NCBI GenBank assembly: GCA_963711565.1
Contig: CAVQEQ010000003.1
Location: 1,024,001 to 1,088,000, forward strand
Direction: 5' to 3'
DNA length: 64,000 bases
Origin: an uncultured delta proteobacterium
GTDB lineage: Bacteria > Desulfobacterota > Binatia > Binatales > Binataceae
In this document: piece by piece, positions 18,659 through 28,097 of the stretch
Layout: every line of letters begins with the position of its first letter
How positions within the stretch are numbered: position 1 is the stretch's first letter
Notes under the pieces: generated by a model
What the model saw: only the letters and a program-made list of their open reading frames with translations
What the model was told of the DNA's origin: nothing
Database searches by the model: none
Translations under genes and position numbers: made by a program

Positions 18659-19795
18659 TTAACCCTGACAGTAGCGCCAGGTCTTGCCGCCGTCCCCGGT
18701 ATACAGGATTGTGCCGTAGCCGACGATCCAGCCGTGGGTTGCGTCGAAGAAGCGCACCTGGCTGAGCGGGAACGGCACCGCCGGCACGGACGGATCGTGC
18801 GCCCACGCGCCGTTGGGCTGCAGCCGCAGCACGGTACCGGTCAAGCCGGTGGACATCCCCTGGTCGCCGCCAAACAGATCGATCGAGAACAGCGGATCGC
18901 GCGCCGGAATTTGCACCGCTCCCGGCACCAGCGTGTCCAGCGGCGCGCCCGGCTTGTCCGCCTGATGGGCAAAGTTCCAGGTCTTGCCGCCGTCGTCGGT
19001 TTGAATCACCCAGCCCTCGAGTCCGCACGCCGCGCCATGTTTTTGATCGCGGAACGAGACGCTGAAAAAAGTCGGCAGCAGAAAATCGGCGAAGCGCGTA
19101 TCGTCATTCGGCCCGAGCGGACGCTTCCATTGCGGCAGCAACGATTGCTGCTGCTCCTGCCAGCTCTTGCCGCCATTTTCGGTCGCCCAGATTCGCCCCA
19201 GCTCGCCGACCACCCAGCCATGATCAACGTCAACGAAACTCGCGCTGTAAAGTACCGGCTCCTCGTACGGCAGCGCGTAGTCGGAAATCTCCGGCGGAAA
19301 GAGCCGCTGCAACTGGCGCTTGATAAAACTCTCGCCGCCGTCGGTCGTGCTCATCACCAACGCGCGGTCGCCGACCAGGTAGCCGTGATTCGTATCGGGA
19401 AACGACAGCCCGAAAATAAACAGATGAGTGCGCGAATCGAGCCGCTTCCAGGTCTTGCCGCCGTCGCGCGTGCGCATCACGAGGCCGTCCTGCCCGCACA
19501 GGTAGCCGTTCTGATCGTCGGTCATCTGGATACCGAACACGCCGAGCTGGGTGCCGATGTCGATGCGCTTGAAGGTCCGGCCGCCGTCCTCGGTCAGCAG
19601 CACCTTGCCGCGATCGCCGACGATAAAGGCGCGCGTCGGGCTCGTCGGCCAGACGTCGAAGAACTTGTCGCTGAGCGTGATATTGCGCAGCGGCAGCGGC
19701 GGCATCGCAACCTCGCGATGACATCCGGCGGTAGCGAGCGCGATCAATACAAAGAGCGTCTTGATTATGCTGTATGCGCGGAGTTTTCGCTCCAT
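18659..19795 (-). CDS. YCF48/BNR-repeat beta-propeller lipoprotein
   Basis: Lipobox TAGC; repeated T.DGG.TW Asp-box motifs with G..VG..G. Confidence 0.9.
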   Translation of the reverse strand: MERKLRAYSIIKTLFVLIALATAGCHREVAMPPLPLRNITLSDKFFDVWPTSPTRAFIVGDRGKVLLTEDGGRTFKRIDIGTQLGVFGIQMTDDQNGYLCGQDGLVMRTRDGGKTWKRLDSRTHLFIFGLSFPDTNHGYLVGDRALVMSTTDGGESFIKRQLQRLFPPEISDYALPYEEPVLYSASFVDVDHGWVVGELGRIWATENGGKSWQEQQQSLLPQWKRPLGPNDDTRFADFLLPTFFSVSFRDQKHGAACGLEGWVIQTDDGGKTWNFAHQADKPGAPLDTLVPGAVQIPARDPLFSIDLFGGDQGMSTGLTGTVLRLQPNGAWAHDPSVPAVPFPLSQVRFFDATHGWIVGYGTILYTGDGGKTWRYCQG

Positions 19796-19894
19796 TCGGC
19801 CGATCCCATCGAAAAATTTGCTCTATACTCAAGCAAACCCGCGAGCTTAGCAAGCCGTATATTGCGGGCGAAAAATCGACGACAAAACCGCGAG

Positions 19895-21091
19895 CTACAA
19901 ATCCGCCAGCAACAATCCCGTCAGGTACTCGCCCTCGGCGTGGCCGAGCAGCACGGGATGGTCGGGGCCGGGGCCGAGATGCGCGAGCAGGCGAAGCGTG
20001 CGGCCGGCGTTGGACGCGGCAAAGCGCACGGCGCGGACAACATCGTCGCCGCGGAAATGCGTCGAACATGAAAACGTCATCAGACGCCCGCCCGGCGCCA
20101 ACGCCCGCATCGCGACGGAGTTGAGCTCGACGTAAAGACGCCCCGCGCGCTCGGCGTCGCCACGGCTGCGCGCCAGCGGCGGCGGATCGAGGACGATCAG
20201 ATCGAAGCGGTTCGGCGTCTCGGCCATGAAATTGCCGGCCTCGCCATGAACGAACTCGACGGCGCTGGCGGGATACTCATTGAGATCGAGATTCCGGCGC
20301 GCGATTTCGAGCGCTCGCGCCGACGTATCGACGGCGACGACCTTGCTCGCTCCCCCCGTAAGCGCGGCGAGCGAGAAGCCACCCTGGTAGCAGAAGGCGT
20401 CGAGCACGCGCGCACCGCGCGCGATCGCGCCGGCAATCGTGCGATTTTCGCGTTGGTCGAGGAAATAGCCAGTCTTCTGTCCATGCTCGAAATCAATTTT
20501 GATTTTGATTCCATTCTCGGCCGCAATCGTCCCGGTCACAGCTTCGCCCGCGAGAACCGCAACGTGATCCTCGAGGCCTTCCTGCTTTCTCACGGCGCCA
20601 TGGCTGCGTTCGAGGATCGAGCGCGGATGCAGCAACTCATTGAGCGCCGCGACAATCGTCGCGCGCATCCGATCCGCGCCCGCAGTCAGGATTTGCACGA
20701 CGAGCACGTCGCCGAATCGATCGACGACCACACCCGACAGCCCGTCGCCGTCGCCATTGACGAGGCGGTACGAATTCGTGTCGTCGCGGATGAACCGCCG
20801 GCGCAATTCAAGCGCGCTTTTGATCCGTCGCGAAACCAGATCTTCGATTGCGGGAGCCTCGCCCCACGCAAGCATCCGGATTGCGATCGTCGTCGCGGGA
20901 TTGCAATAGCCCATCCCGATGAGCGCGCCCGAAGCGTCGTGCACAGTGACGAGCGAACCCGCTTCCGGCGACGACGGCTCAACCCGATCGATCGCTTGCG
21001 AAAAAATCCACGGATTGCCGCCGCGGACCGGCCCTTCCCTGCCGCGCTTGAGGATTGCGCGCGCGAGTGGCGCGGTCACCGCGTCGGCCAA
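19895..21091 (-). CDS. rlmI: RlmI/RlmK-like class I SAM rRNA methyltransferase
   Basis: PUA-like [52 protein letters not shown]. Confidence 0.85.
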   Translation of the reverse strand: MADAVTAPLARAILKRGREGPVRGGNPWIFSQAIDRVEPSSPEAGSLVTVHDASGALIGMGYCNPATTIAIRMLAWGEAPAIEDLVSRRIKSALELRRRFIRDDTNSYRLVNGDGDGLSGVVVDRFGDVLVVQILTAGADRMRATIVAALNELLHPRSILERSHGAVRKQEGLEDHVAVLAGEAVTGTIAAENGIKIKIDFEHGQKTGYFLDQRENRTIAGAIARGARVLDAFCYQGGFSLAALTGGASKVVAVDTSARALEIARRNLDLNEYPASAVEFVHGEAGNFMAETPNRFDLIVLDPPPLARSRGDAERAGRLYVELNSVAMRALAPGGRLMTFSCSTHFRGDDVVRAVRFAASNAGRTLRLLAHLGPGPDHPVLLGHAEGEYLTGLLLADL

Positions 21092-21606
21092 AGCGGCTCG
21101 CCGACACGCATGTATCGACCGCTGCGGCCGCCGTACTTTGAGACCAGGCGAATCGCGCCGATTTCCATCGCGCGATCGATCGCCTTCGCCATGTCGTAAA
21201 TCGTCAGCGCCGCCGCACTCACCGCGACCAGCGCTTCCATCTCGACGCCGGTGCGCGCATCGGTCACAGCGCGCGCCTGGATTTGCAGCGTGGAGTTGGC
21301 GGCATCGTGATTGAAATCGACCTCGACGACTTCGAGCGCAATCTGATGGCAGAGCGGGATCATCTCATGGGTGCGCTTCGCCGCCATGATTCCCGCGATA
21401 CGCGCCGCCGCCAACGCCTCGCCCTTCTTGAGCTCGCCGCCGAGTATCGCCTGCAACGTCGCCGGCGCCATCCGGACCTCGCCGCGCGCGATCGCCTCGC
21501 GCCGCGTGACCGGCTTATCGCCGACATCGACCATCTGGATTTGCCCACGCTCATCAAGATGCGTCAGGCGCGCGCGCGGCGTTCGCGATTTAGTTTTGCC
21601 CGCCAT
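21076..21606 (-). CDS. moaC: Cyclic pyranopterin monophosphate synthase MoaC
   Basis: [45 protein letters not shown]. Confidence 0.97.
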   Translation of the reverse strand: MAGKTKSRTPRARLTHLDERGQIQMVDVGDKPVTRREAIARGEVRMAPATLQAILGGELKKGEALAAARIAGIMAAKRTHEMIPLCHQIALEVVEVDFNHDAANSTLQIQARAVTDARTGVEMEALVAVSAAALTIYDMAKAIDRAMEIGAIRLVSKYGGRSGRYMRVGEPLWPTR

Positions 21607-21695
21607 CAAAGGAAATTCGCTCGCAAGCTCCCGTCAGTCGAACTAACGTAGCGCGACGAAGGAGCGCGGCACTAGAGCACGACCCAGAAATCACT

Positions 21696-21716
21696 GGGTG
21701 CAGGGGGTCACCCCTG
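21696..21716. repeat. Short hairpin repeat (GCAGGGG-GTCA-CCCCTGC family)
   Basis: Related to 29819-29841 and, in the opposite orientation with an internal insert, to 25138-25183 and 61417-61464. Confidence 0.6.
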
Positions 21717-21800
21717 CTATGTTGACCGCTCGCGCATATACAATAAACTCTTGATTCCCGGTTCCGCGAAACATCTCAAACCAATTCGCAGACGGTTCAT

Positions 21801-22739
21801 ATGGCTGATGATATCAACAAGGTCGTAATTCTCGGCTCCGGTCCCGCCGGCCTGACCGCGGCGCTTTACACGGCGCGTGCCAATCTCAGTCCGCTGCTGA
21901 TCGAGGGGCACGAACCCGGCGGCCAGCTCACCATCACCACCGAGGTCGAGAACTATCCCGGCTTCGAGCACGGCATCCAGGGCCCCGAGATGATGGACGT
22001 GTTCCGGCGCCAGGTGACGCGCTTCGGCACGCGCTTCGTCAGCGGCGCGGTGACCGAGGTGCGCTTCGCGATGCGACCGTTCGAGCTCGTCGTCGAAGAC
22101 AAGGTGATCAAGGCCGAGTCGGTGATCATCGCGACCGGCGCGACCGCCAAGCTGCTCGGGATAGAGTCTGAAAAGCGCCTGATGGGCTACGGCGTGAGCG
22201 CATGCGCCACCTGCGACGGCGCATTCTTCAAGAACAAGGAAGCGATCGTAGTCGGCGGCGGCGACACCGCGATGGAGGAAGCGAACTTCCTCACGCGTTT
22301 CTGCACCAAGGTCACGATCGTGCATCGCCGCGACACGCTGCGCGCGTCGAAGATCATGCAGGATCGCGCGCGCAAGAATCCGAAGATTGCGTTCATCTGG
22401 GATTCCGCCGTCGAAGAAATCATCGGCGAGCAGAAGAACGGCGTGAGCGCCGTCAAACTGAAAAATCTGAAGACGGGCAAGGTCACCGAGATGAAGACCG
22501 ACGCGGTGTTCGTCGCGATCGGTCACAATCCCAACAGCGCGCTGTTCAAGGGTCAGCTCGAGATGGACGAGATCGGCTACCTGAAAGTGAACCCGGGCTC
22601 GACCTACACCAACATCGACGGCGTCTTCGCCTGCGGCAACGTCGTCGACAGCGTCTATCGGCAAGCGGTCACCGCCGCCGGCACCGGCTGCATGGCAGCA
22701 ATCGACGCCGAACGCTGGCTGGAAGCAAAGGGCGAGTAG
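21801..22739 (+). CDS. trxB: Thioredoxin reductase
   Basis: GSGPAG, GGQLTITTEVENYPG, CATCDG, GGGDTAMEEA, YRQAVTAAGTGC. Confidence 0.97.
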   Translation: MADDINKVVILGSGPAGLTAALYTARANLSPLLIEGHEPGGQLTITTEVENYPGFEHGIQGPEMMDVFRRQVTRFGTRFVSGAVTEVRFAMRPFELVVEDKVIKAESVIIATGATAKLLGIESEKRLMGYGVSACATCDGAFFKNKEAIVVGGGDTAMEEANFLTRFCTKVTIVHRRDTLRASKIMQDRARKNPKIAFIWDSAVEEIIGEQKNGVSAVKLKNLKTGKVTEMKTDAVFVAIGHNPNSALFKGQLEMDEIGYLKVNPGSTYTNIDGVFACGNVVDSVYRQAVTAAGTGCMAAIDAERWLEAKGE

Positions 22740-22759
22740 CGAGGATCTTCTTCTCTATT

Positions 22760-23560
22760 CTTAGTTCCCTCCTCCCACGTTGGAGGAGGGTTAGGGTGGA
22801 GGACAACCGCGCCGCGCAAATCTCCGTCCCCGCCCACCGTCCCGCCGCCGAGCCCGCGCCCTCTTCCCTTCCCAGAATGGGAGAGAATCGAAGAGCCCAC
22901 CCCGAGCCTACCGAAGGATGAAGGCCCGCTCAGAGTGAGGCCATCGCGCGCGACGCAAGATTCTGGTCCGCGTTTGTTGTTGTTGTGTCATTCAGAGCGA
23001 AGCGAGGAATCCCGCTTCCGATCTTTCCGTCGCCCTGTCAGTCAGGGAGAGTTGCTCACGCGTTGGACCCTAGTCTCACACCCTGAGCTCAAGGACCGTT
23101 CAAAGCTCCGCTCGGACAGATATTCCTTCCGCCTGACCCTGCGCAAAGACCGTCCGCAGATTTTATCAGGCGCGCGAACAAATTCCGCCAGATCTCGCCG
23201 TGAACGCGCGCGCGTTCTCATCGGGGCACGCGAAGAAAATCAAGTCACGGGGCGGCCGGACGCTTGCGAGAACTTTTGATACGAACAAGCAAGCAAATGA
23301 CTAAGACCAAAAATCTTAAGTCGCGCGAAAGAGCGCGCTGTATAAGGACCCTCACCTTCGATCCTCTCCCATTCTGGGAGAGGGGAAGATGCCTGGCGCA
23401 GTTATGCAAAAGTCCCCGGCCGGGCGAGGGGAGAAAAAGATTCGGGATTCTTCCACTTCGGCTGCACTCGGAGGTTCGGCTGGTGGAAGTGGGGTTATCC
23501 CAACATGCTCTGGAATGACAGGGGGCGAGGGCGGGCTCGGTGGGACATCTCCACGGAAAA
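22760..23560. repeat. Mosaic intergenic cluster of REP-like elements plus a degenerate MITE copy
   Basis: CCCTCCTCCC..GGAGGAGGG hairpin (~22767-22803); TGTCATTCAGAGCGAAGCGAGGAATCCC (22986-23013); 23311-23416 closely matches 951-1058; GCTCTGGAATGACA (23507-23520). Confidence 0.75.
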
Positions 23561-23658
23561 TCACAGGCTGAAGCTTATGCCCACCATGGAAAATCGGAGG
23601 GTGAAGCTTGGGCCACCGGGGTCGCCAAGTTGTTAGTGCTGTGATAACAAAGCGGGCT

Positions 23659-25017
23659 ATGGCGCCAATTTCTTTTCCGAAAGGCTTTTTGTGGGGGACC
23701 GCCAGTGCCTCCTACCAAATCGAGGGCGGATGGGACCAGGACGGCAAGGGCGAGTCGATTTGGGATCGCTTCTCGCACACGGCCGGCAAGATTAAGCATG
23801 GCGATACCGGCGACATCGCGTGCGATTTCTACCATCGTCATACCGATGACATCGCGCTGATGGCTGACCTTGGGCTCAATGCCGCGCGAATTTCGCTTTC
23901 ATGGCCGCGGATCATGCCCGTCGGCAAGGGTCCGGTGAATCAGAAGGGCCTCGACTTCTATCGGCGTATCGTGGACGAGATGCTCGCGCGCAATATCCAG
24001 CCGTGGGTGACGCTCTATCATTGGGATCTACCGCAGGCGCTCGAGGACGGCGGCGGATGGCCGAATCGCGACCTCGCCGAATATTTTCGCGACTACGCCG
24101 CTGTCGTCGCCGACGCGCTCGGCGATCGCGTGAAACATTGGATGGTGTTCAACGAGCCGTGGATTTTTACGATCCTCGGGTACCATCTTGGGGTACATGC
24201 TCCCGGACGCCACGACCTTGGCGACGCAATCAAGGCGACGCATACCGTCAATCTCGCGCAGGGCATGGCGGTGAGGGCGCTCCGCGAATCGAAGAACCAT
24301 CCCGAGGCAGTCGGCACGGCATTCAGCATGTCGCCGGTGCATCCGGAGGCGGGGTCGCTGGAGGATCGCACGGCGGCCGAGCGATGGCATCGATTTTTCA
24401 ACCTGTGGTTTCTCGAGCCCGTGATGCGCGGCAAATATCCGCAGGCCTACCTGGACGGCACGGTCGAGGATCGCGTCGAGATTCGCGCCGGCGACATGGA
24501 CATCGTCAAAGCGCAGCTCGACTTCATCGGGATCAATCTGTACACGCGCGCAGTGGTCGCGCACGATTCGCACGATCACAATATGGGTGTGAAGCAGATT
24601 GGGGCGAGCGGCGGGGAAATCACCGACTTCGGCTGGGAAGTGTATCCGCAGGCGCTGTCGGAAATGATCCTGCGCGTCCACAAGGACTACCCCGGTATCC
24701 CGATCTACGTGACCGAGAACGGATGCTCATACGGCGACGGGCCGGGCGCTGATGGCAAGGTCAACGACCAGCGCCGCGTCAGCTTCCTGCGCCGCTATAT
24801 CGCGGAGGTCGGGCACGCGATGAAACAGGGTGCGGACGTGCGCGGTTATTTTCTGTGGACGTTCACGGACAACTTCGAATGGAGCCAAGGATTTCAGCAG
24901 CGCTTCGGAATCGTGCACTGCGACTTCAAGACGCAGGAAAGAATCGTCAAGGAGAGCGGGCACTGGTACTCGCGGCTGGCGCGGAGCGGCGCGCTCGATT
25001 TCGATCCGGTAATTTGA
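23659..25017 (+). CDS. GH1 beta-glucosidase
   Basis: FPKGFLWGTASASYQIEG, TLYHWDLP, catalytic VFNEP and VTENG motifs, DNFEW. Confidence 0.96.
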   Translation: MAPISFPKGFLWGTASASYQIEGGWDQDGKGESIWDRFSHTAGKIKHGDTGDIACDFYHRHTDDIALMADLGLNAARISLSWPRIMPVGKGPVNQKGLDFYRRIVDEMLARNIQPWVTLYHWDLPQALEDGGGWPNRDLAEYFRDYAAVVADALGDRVKHWMVFNEPWIFTILGYHLGVHAPGRHDLGDAIKATHTVNLAQGMAVRALRESKNHPEAVGTAFSMSPVHPEAGSLEDRTAAERWHRFFNLWFLEPVMRGKYPQAYLDGTVEDRVEIRAGDMDIVKAQLDFIGINLYTRAVVAHDSHDHNMGVKQIGASGGEITDFGWEVYPQALSEMILRVHKDYPGIPIYVTENGCSYGDGPGADGKVNDQRRVSFLRRYIAEVGHAMKQGADVRGYFLWTFTDNFEWSQGFQQRFGIVHCDFKTQERIVKESGHWYSRLARSGALDFDPVI

Positions 25018-25282
25018 GCGCGCGCAGCGCGCGAACGAGGAAACCGGAACCGGCTTCGCGTGCGCGAAGCTGTCCGGAGGCCAGAAGCCATTTCCTCCCG
25101 TCGCTGACGCTCCCGTCGTCAGGATGACAAAAAATGCGGCACGGGTGACCTCCTTCGGCAGGCTCAGGACAGGCTCCGCACCCGGTATTTTTGGTTTGTG
25201 GTCTGCCCGCTCCGTTGTCGCTCTTGTTTGTGATGACTATCGAGATGGAACTTGGTTTCTTCAGCATGGCGGGCCGAGTAGC

Positions 25283-25404
25283 AGTGGGGCGGGCCGCCGT
25301 GCCCGCCAGGATGACAGACAAATGCGAATCTGTTTGGGAGAGAGGCCACTCAGCGGCGGGCACGGCGGCCCGCCCCACTGCTCACGGCGGCCCGGCCCAC
25401 TGCT
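25283..25404. repeat. GTGG-type REP inverted pair (REPIN-like) plus a partial third copy
   Basis: AGTGGGGCGGGCCGCCGTGCCCGCC (25283-25307) and its exact reverse complement (25355-25379); same unit at 33489-33513 and 33536-33560. Confidence 0.85.
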
Positions 25405-25426
25405 AGAGAGAAGCTGAGGGGGCGCG

Positions 25427-26008
25427 ATGAGTGGCGGGGAATTTCTGATGTGGCTGCATCTATGCGCGATGGCGTCGTACGTCGGCGCGCAGTTCGCGGT
25501 CATCTATATGCTGATACCGGCGGCCGAGACCGCGCCCAACGAGGCCGCACGGCGCGCGAGCCTGATCGCGGGCTTCAAGTTCTATAACCCGTTCACGATC
25601 GGCGTGCTGGGAATTATTGTGATTAGCGGCGCGATGCGCCTGACGGATTTGAAAGCGTCGATGAAGTTCGACTACTTCGCGCGAATCGGTTCCGCGCTCG
25701 AACTGAAACTGGCACTGGCGTTCGTTCTCATCTTTATCCAGACCTACATCACGTTCGGACTGGCGTTCAGAATCGGGCGCCAGGAAGAGGTGGCCGCACA
25801 CGGCGACGGCGAGGCGTTCACCGTCAAGCAGCTCAACTCGATGCTGCGGAGAATTCGCGCGATGGCATGGTTGACGATCGTGCTGGCTGCCGCCGTCATC
25901 TGGGTATCGCTCACGATGGTCGCGCGCGCGGTGGACGAGCCGGTCACCGCGTCACAAATCTCCGCGCGGGCCGAGCCCGCGATGTTGGCGACGCGCGTCA
26001 TGACTTAG
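25427..26008 (+). CDS. Hypothetical 4-TM membrane protein (CopD/DUF2269-like)
   Basis: WLHLCAMASYVG, four hydrophobic segments, LELKLAL. Confidence 0.7.
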   Translation: MSGGEFLMWLHLCAMASYVGAQFAVIYMLIPAAETAPNEAARRASLIAGFKFYNPFTIGVLGIIVISGAMRLTDLKASMKFDYFARIGSALELKLALAFVLIFIQTYITFGLAFRIGRQEEVAAHGDGEAFTVKQLNSMLRRIRAMAWLTIVLAAAVIWVSLTMVARAVDEPVTASQISARAEPAMLATRVMT

Positions 26009-26184
26009 TGCGCGAGCGCCAACAGCGAGCCGACAATGTACGCGACGGTGATGATGCCGAAGATTGCGCCCGGGATTTCGTTCAGGATGTTGTACTGGGC
26101 GAGCCGGGTCGCGGCGCTGACTTCAGTCGTCTCGTCGATCGACGCGATTCCTGCGAACCTTGCTTCTGTGGTTGATGCGTTCAT
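26005..26184 (-). CDS. 59-aa membrane microprotein, paralog 2 (not in ORF track)
   Basis: MNASTTEARFAGIASIDETTEVSAATRLAQYNILNEIPGAIFGIITVAYIVGSLLALAH. RBS GGAGG. Aligns without gaps to 26216-26392. Confidence 0.85.
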   Translation of the reverse strand: MNASTTEARFAGIASIDETTEVSAATRLAQYNILNEIPGAIFGIITVAYIVGSLLALAH

Positions 26185-26215
26185 TTCAAATTCCTCCCGT
26201 AACTTTTTCGGACGA

Positions 26216-26392
26216 CTAGGCCAATGCCACCAGCGAGCTGATGACGTAACCGAGGGTGATCAGGCCGAACACGATGCCGGGGAGTTCGCTGAGCAGACTG
26301 TTCTGCGCGAGCCGGGTTCCGGCGGTGGCTTCGACCGCTTCGTTGGTGTTTACGATTCCGTTAAGGGTTGCTTCGTTGGTAGTTGCGTTCAT
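26216..26392 (-). CDS. 58-aa membrane microprotein, paralog 1
   Basis: MNATTNEATLNGIVNTNEAVEATAGTRLAQNSLLSELPGIVFGLITLGYVISSLVALA. RBS GGAGG before ATG 26392. Confidence 0.85.
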   Translation of the reverse strand: MNATTNEATLNGIVNTNEAVEATAGTRLAQNSLLSELPGIVFGLITLGYVISSLVALA

Positions 26393-26430
26393 TTTCGTGT
26401 CCTCCGTATTCAGTGACTTGGCAGTGGTGG

Positions 26431-26446
26431 AGCAACCTCTGTGCCA
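26431..26446 (-). promoter_or_regulatory. Sigma54 -24/-12 promoter
   Basis: TGGCAC-AGAGG-TTGCT on the minus strand, matching TGGCAC-N5-TTGC. Confidence 0.85.
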
Positions 26447-26528
26447 TCGGAAAAACTCTCTAATTGGCAAGGGCTTTCCAGACCAATACTTCGATGCTCA
26501 TGGCTTGATCTTAATAAAAAGTAAGGGA

Positions 26529-26541
26529 AATCAACGACTTA
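26529..26541 (+). promoter_or_regulatory. IHF-binding site
   Basis: AATCAACGACTTA matches WATCAANNNNTTR, with an A-tract 5' of it; lies upstream of the sigma54 promoter. Confidence 0.65.
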
Positions 26542-26707
26542 TGGCGCATCGCAGAATGCGAGACAGAATCGGGTCAATTTACATTTTCGCGGTAAGTTTC
26601 CTCTTTCGCGAATCGGCGCAAGCAGCCGCATGCAGCAATTCTGCTGCGGGTCGGTGTCCGTCCCGCCCTGCTTTGATCCTTCTCACCGCATCTGCGAAAG
26701 TGGCGTG

Positions 26708-27481
26708 ATGGCGAGCGAAGTGAATCAGGACGCGCCCCGATCCGACAGCAAGGCGACCGGCGGATTGAAGCCGACGACCGCGATGCTGCTGGCCGAGGCG
26801 ATCGCCAAGCCCGGCGAGCAACCGCATTTCATCCACAGCCTGGCGCTGCGGTTCGCGGAGACTGCGATCTTCCTGGTCGCGGTTATCGGCGCGATCGCCT
26901 TGGGACTCGGCATCACGGCGTACTTCGGCGAGCATCGCTACGTACTCGCGTACCTGGCGGCGTATGCGGGATTTCGCTTTTCCGATTTGATTGTGCGCGA
27001 CGATGTCGAAGACAGCCCGCCGCGCGAAGAGCTGTCCCGGCGGATCGTCGCGCAGCTTCCGCTGCTGGTGGTGTTTGCCGCGGCGCCATTCGAGCGCACC
27101 TACGTTTACGGCGGAGCGGCGCCCGCGTTCGTCCGCGCGCTCGGGCTGTTACTCGAGCTGCTGGGAATGTGGCTCGCGCTCGGCGCGCGCATCCAACTCG
27201 GATTCTTCACCTCGGGAAGGACGCCGGAGCACCCGGTGCTCGTCACGCGCGGCTTTTATCACTACGTGAGGCATCCGATATACGCGGGCACGTTCCTGGT
27301 GACGTTCGGCTGGACGCTCATCTACGGCGCGCCGGTGACCGCGGTCCTGACGGTGATTATCGGAGCGATTTTCGCGCAGCGGCGGATGAAGTCGGAAGAA
27401 GCGGCGATGCGTGCGCGCTTCGGCGAAGAGTACGACACCTACCGGCGCGAGACGGACGCGTTGATCCCGGCTATCTGGTAA
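26708..27481 (+). CDS. Isoprenylcysteine carboxyl methyltransferase/PEMT family membrane protein
   Basis: LVTRGFYHYVRHPIYAG, EEAAMRARFGEEYDTYRRET..LIP. Confidence 0.88.
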   Translation: MASEVNQDAPRSDSKATGGLKPTTAMLLAEAIAKPGEQPHFIHSLALRFAETAIFLVAVIGAIALGLGITAYFGEHRYVLAYLAAYAGFRFSDLIVRDDVEDSPPREELSRRIVAQLPLLVVFAAAPFERTYVYGGAAPAFVRALGLLLELLGMWLALGARIQLGFFTSGRTPEHPVLVTRGFYHYVRHPIYAGTFLVTFGWTLIYGAPVTAVLTVIIGAIFAQRRMKSEEAAMRARFGEEYDTYRRETDALIPAIW

Positions 27482-28088
27482 TCCCCAAGCTCCGAGCTTC
27501 GTGCTGGCAGCGGATCCGCGAGCAATAGAGTTCGTCGCCGAGGCTTACGAACTTTTTGCCGCATTTCAGGCATTCGCGAATCGATTCTCCCACGTCAAGC
27601 TGTGTGGCGAGCTGTTCTTCGATGGCTGAGTCGCCGCTCCTCGAGCCACGCGTGTTTCGCTTCTCGGACCACACGGCGTCGGCAACTGGCTTTCCCTGCG
27701 CGCCCATCAGGGCGAGTTCGTCGGCGCGATTGTTGATCGGATCGTCGCCGTGTCCGCGCACCCAATCGAAGCGCACGTGGCGCAACTTTGTTTCGGTATC
27801 AAGCAGCGCCCACAAATCCTGATTCTTGTTGCGCTTCCAATGCAGCGTCATCGTATTCACGACGTACTTGCTGTCACTGCGCAGGATGACGTCGGCATCG
27901 GGTGCGGTCGCGCGTAGTCCCTCGATCACGCCCGTCAATTCCATGCGGTTGTTGGTGGTCGCGTCTTCGTGGCCGTTGAGTTCGGTCACGACGCCGTCTG
28001 GAGCGCGCACGACGACACCCCATCCGCCAGGCCCGGGATTGCCGAGGCAAGAGCCGTCTGCGTAGACGAGATATTCGCGAGATGCCAC
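27471..28088 (-). CDS. rnhA: Ribonuclease HI with C-terminal Cys4 extension
   Basis: YADGSCLGNPGPGGWG, TTNNRMEL, SDSKY, NQDLW, WVRGH...NNRADELA. Confidence 0.93.
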   Translation of the reverse strand: MASREYLVYADGSCLGNPGPGGWGVVVRAPDGVVTELNGHEDATTNNRMELTGVIEGLRATAPDADVILRSDSKYVVNTMTLHWKRNKNQDLWALLDTETKLRHVRFDWVRGHGDDPINNRADELALMGAQGKPVADAVWSEKRNTRGSRSGDSAIEEQLATQLDVGESIRECLKCGKKFVSLGDELYCSRIRCQHEARSLGITR

Positions 28089-28097
28089 GGCCGGATT

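Noticed and set aside
22935-23571. Short ORFs in the trxB-GH1 gap (also 25124-25503 and the 33411 extension)
   Set aside because: Translations of REP repeats (HSERSEES, GGHGGPPH, FGRLRTG).
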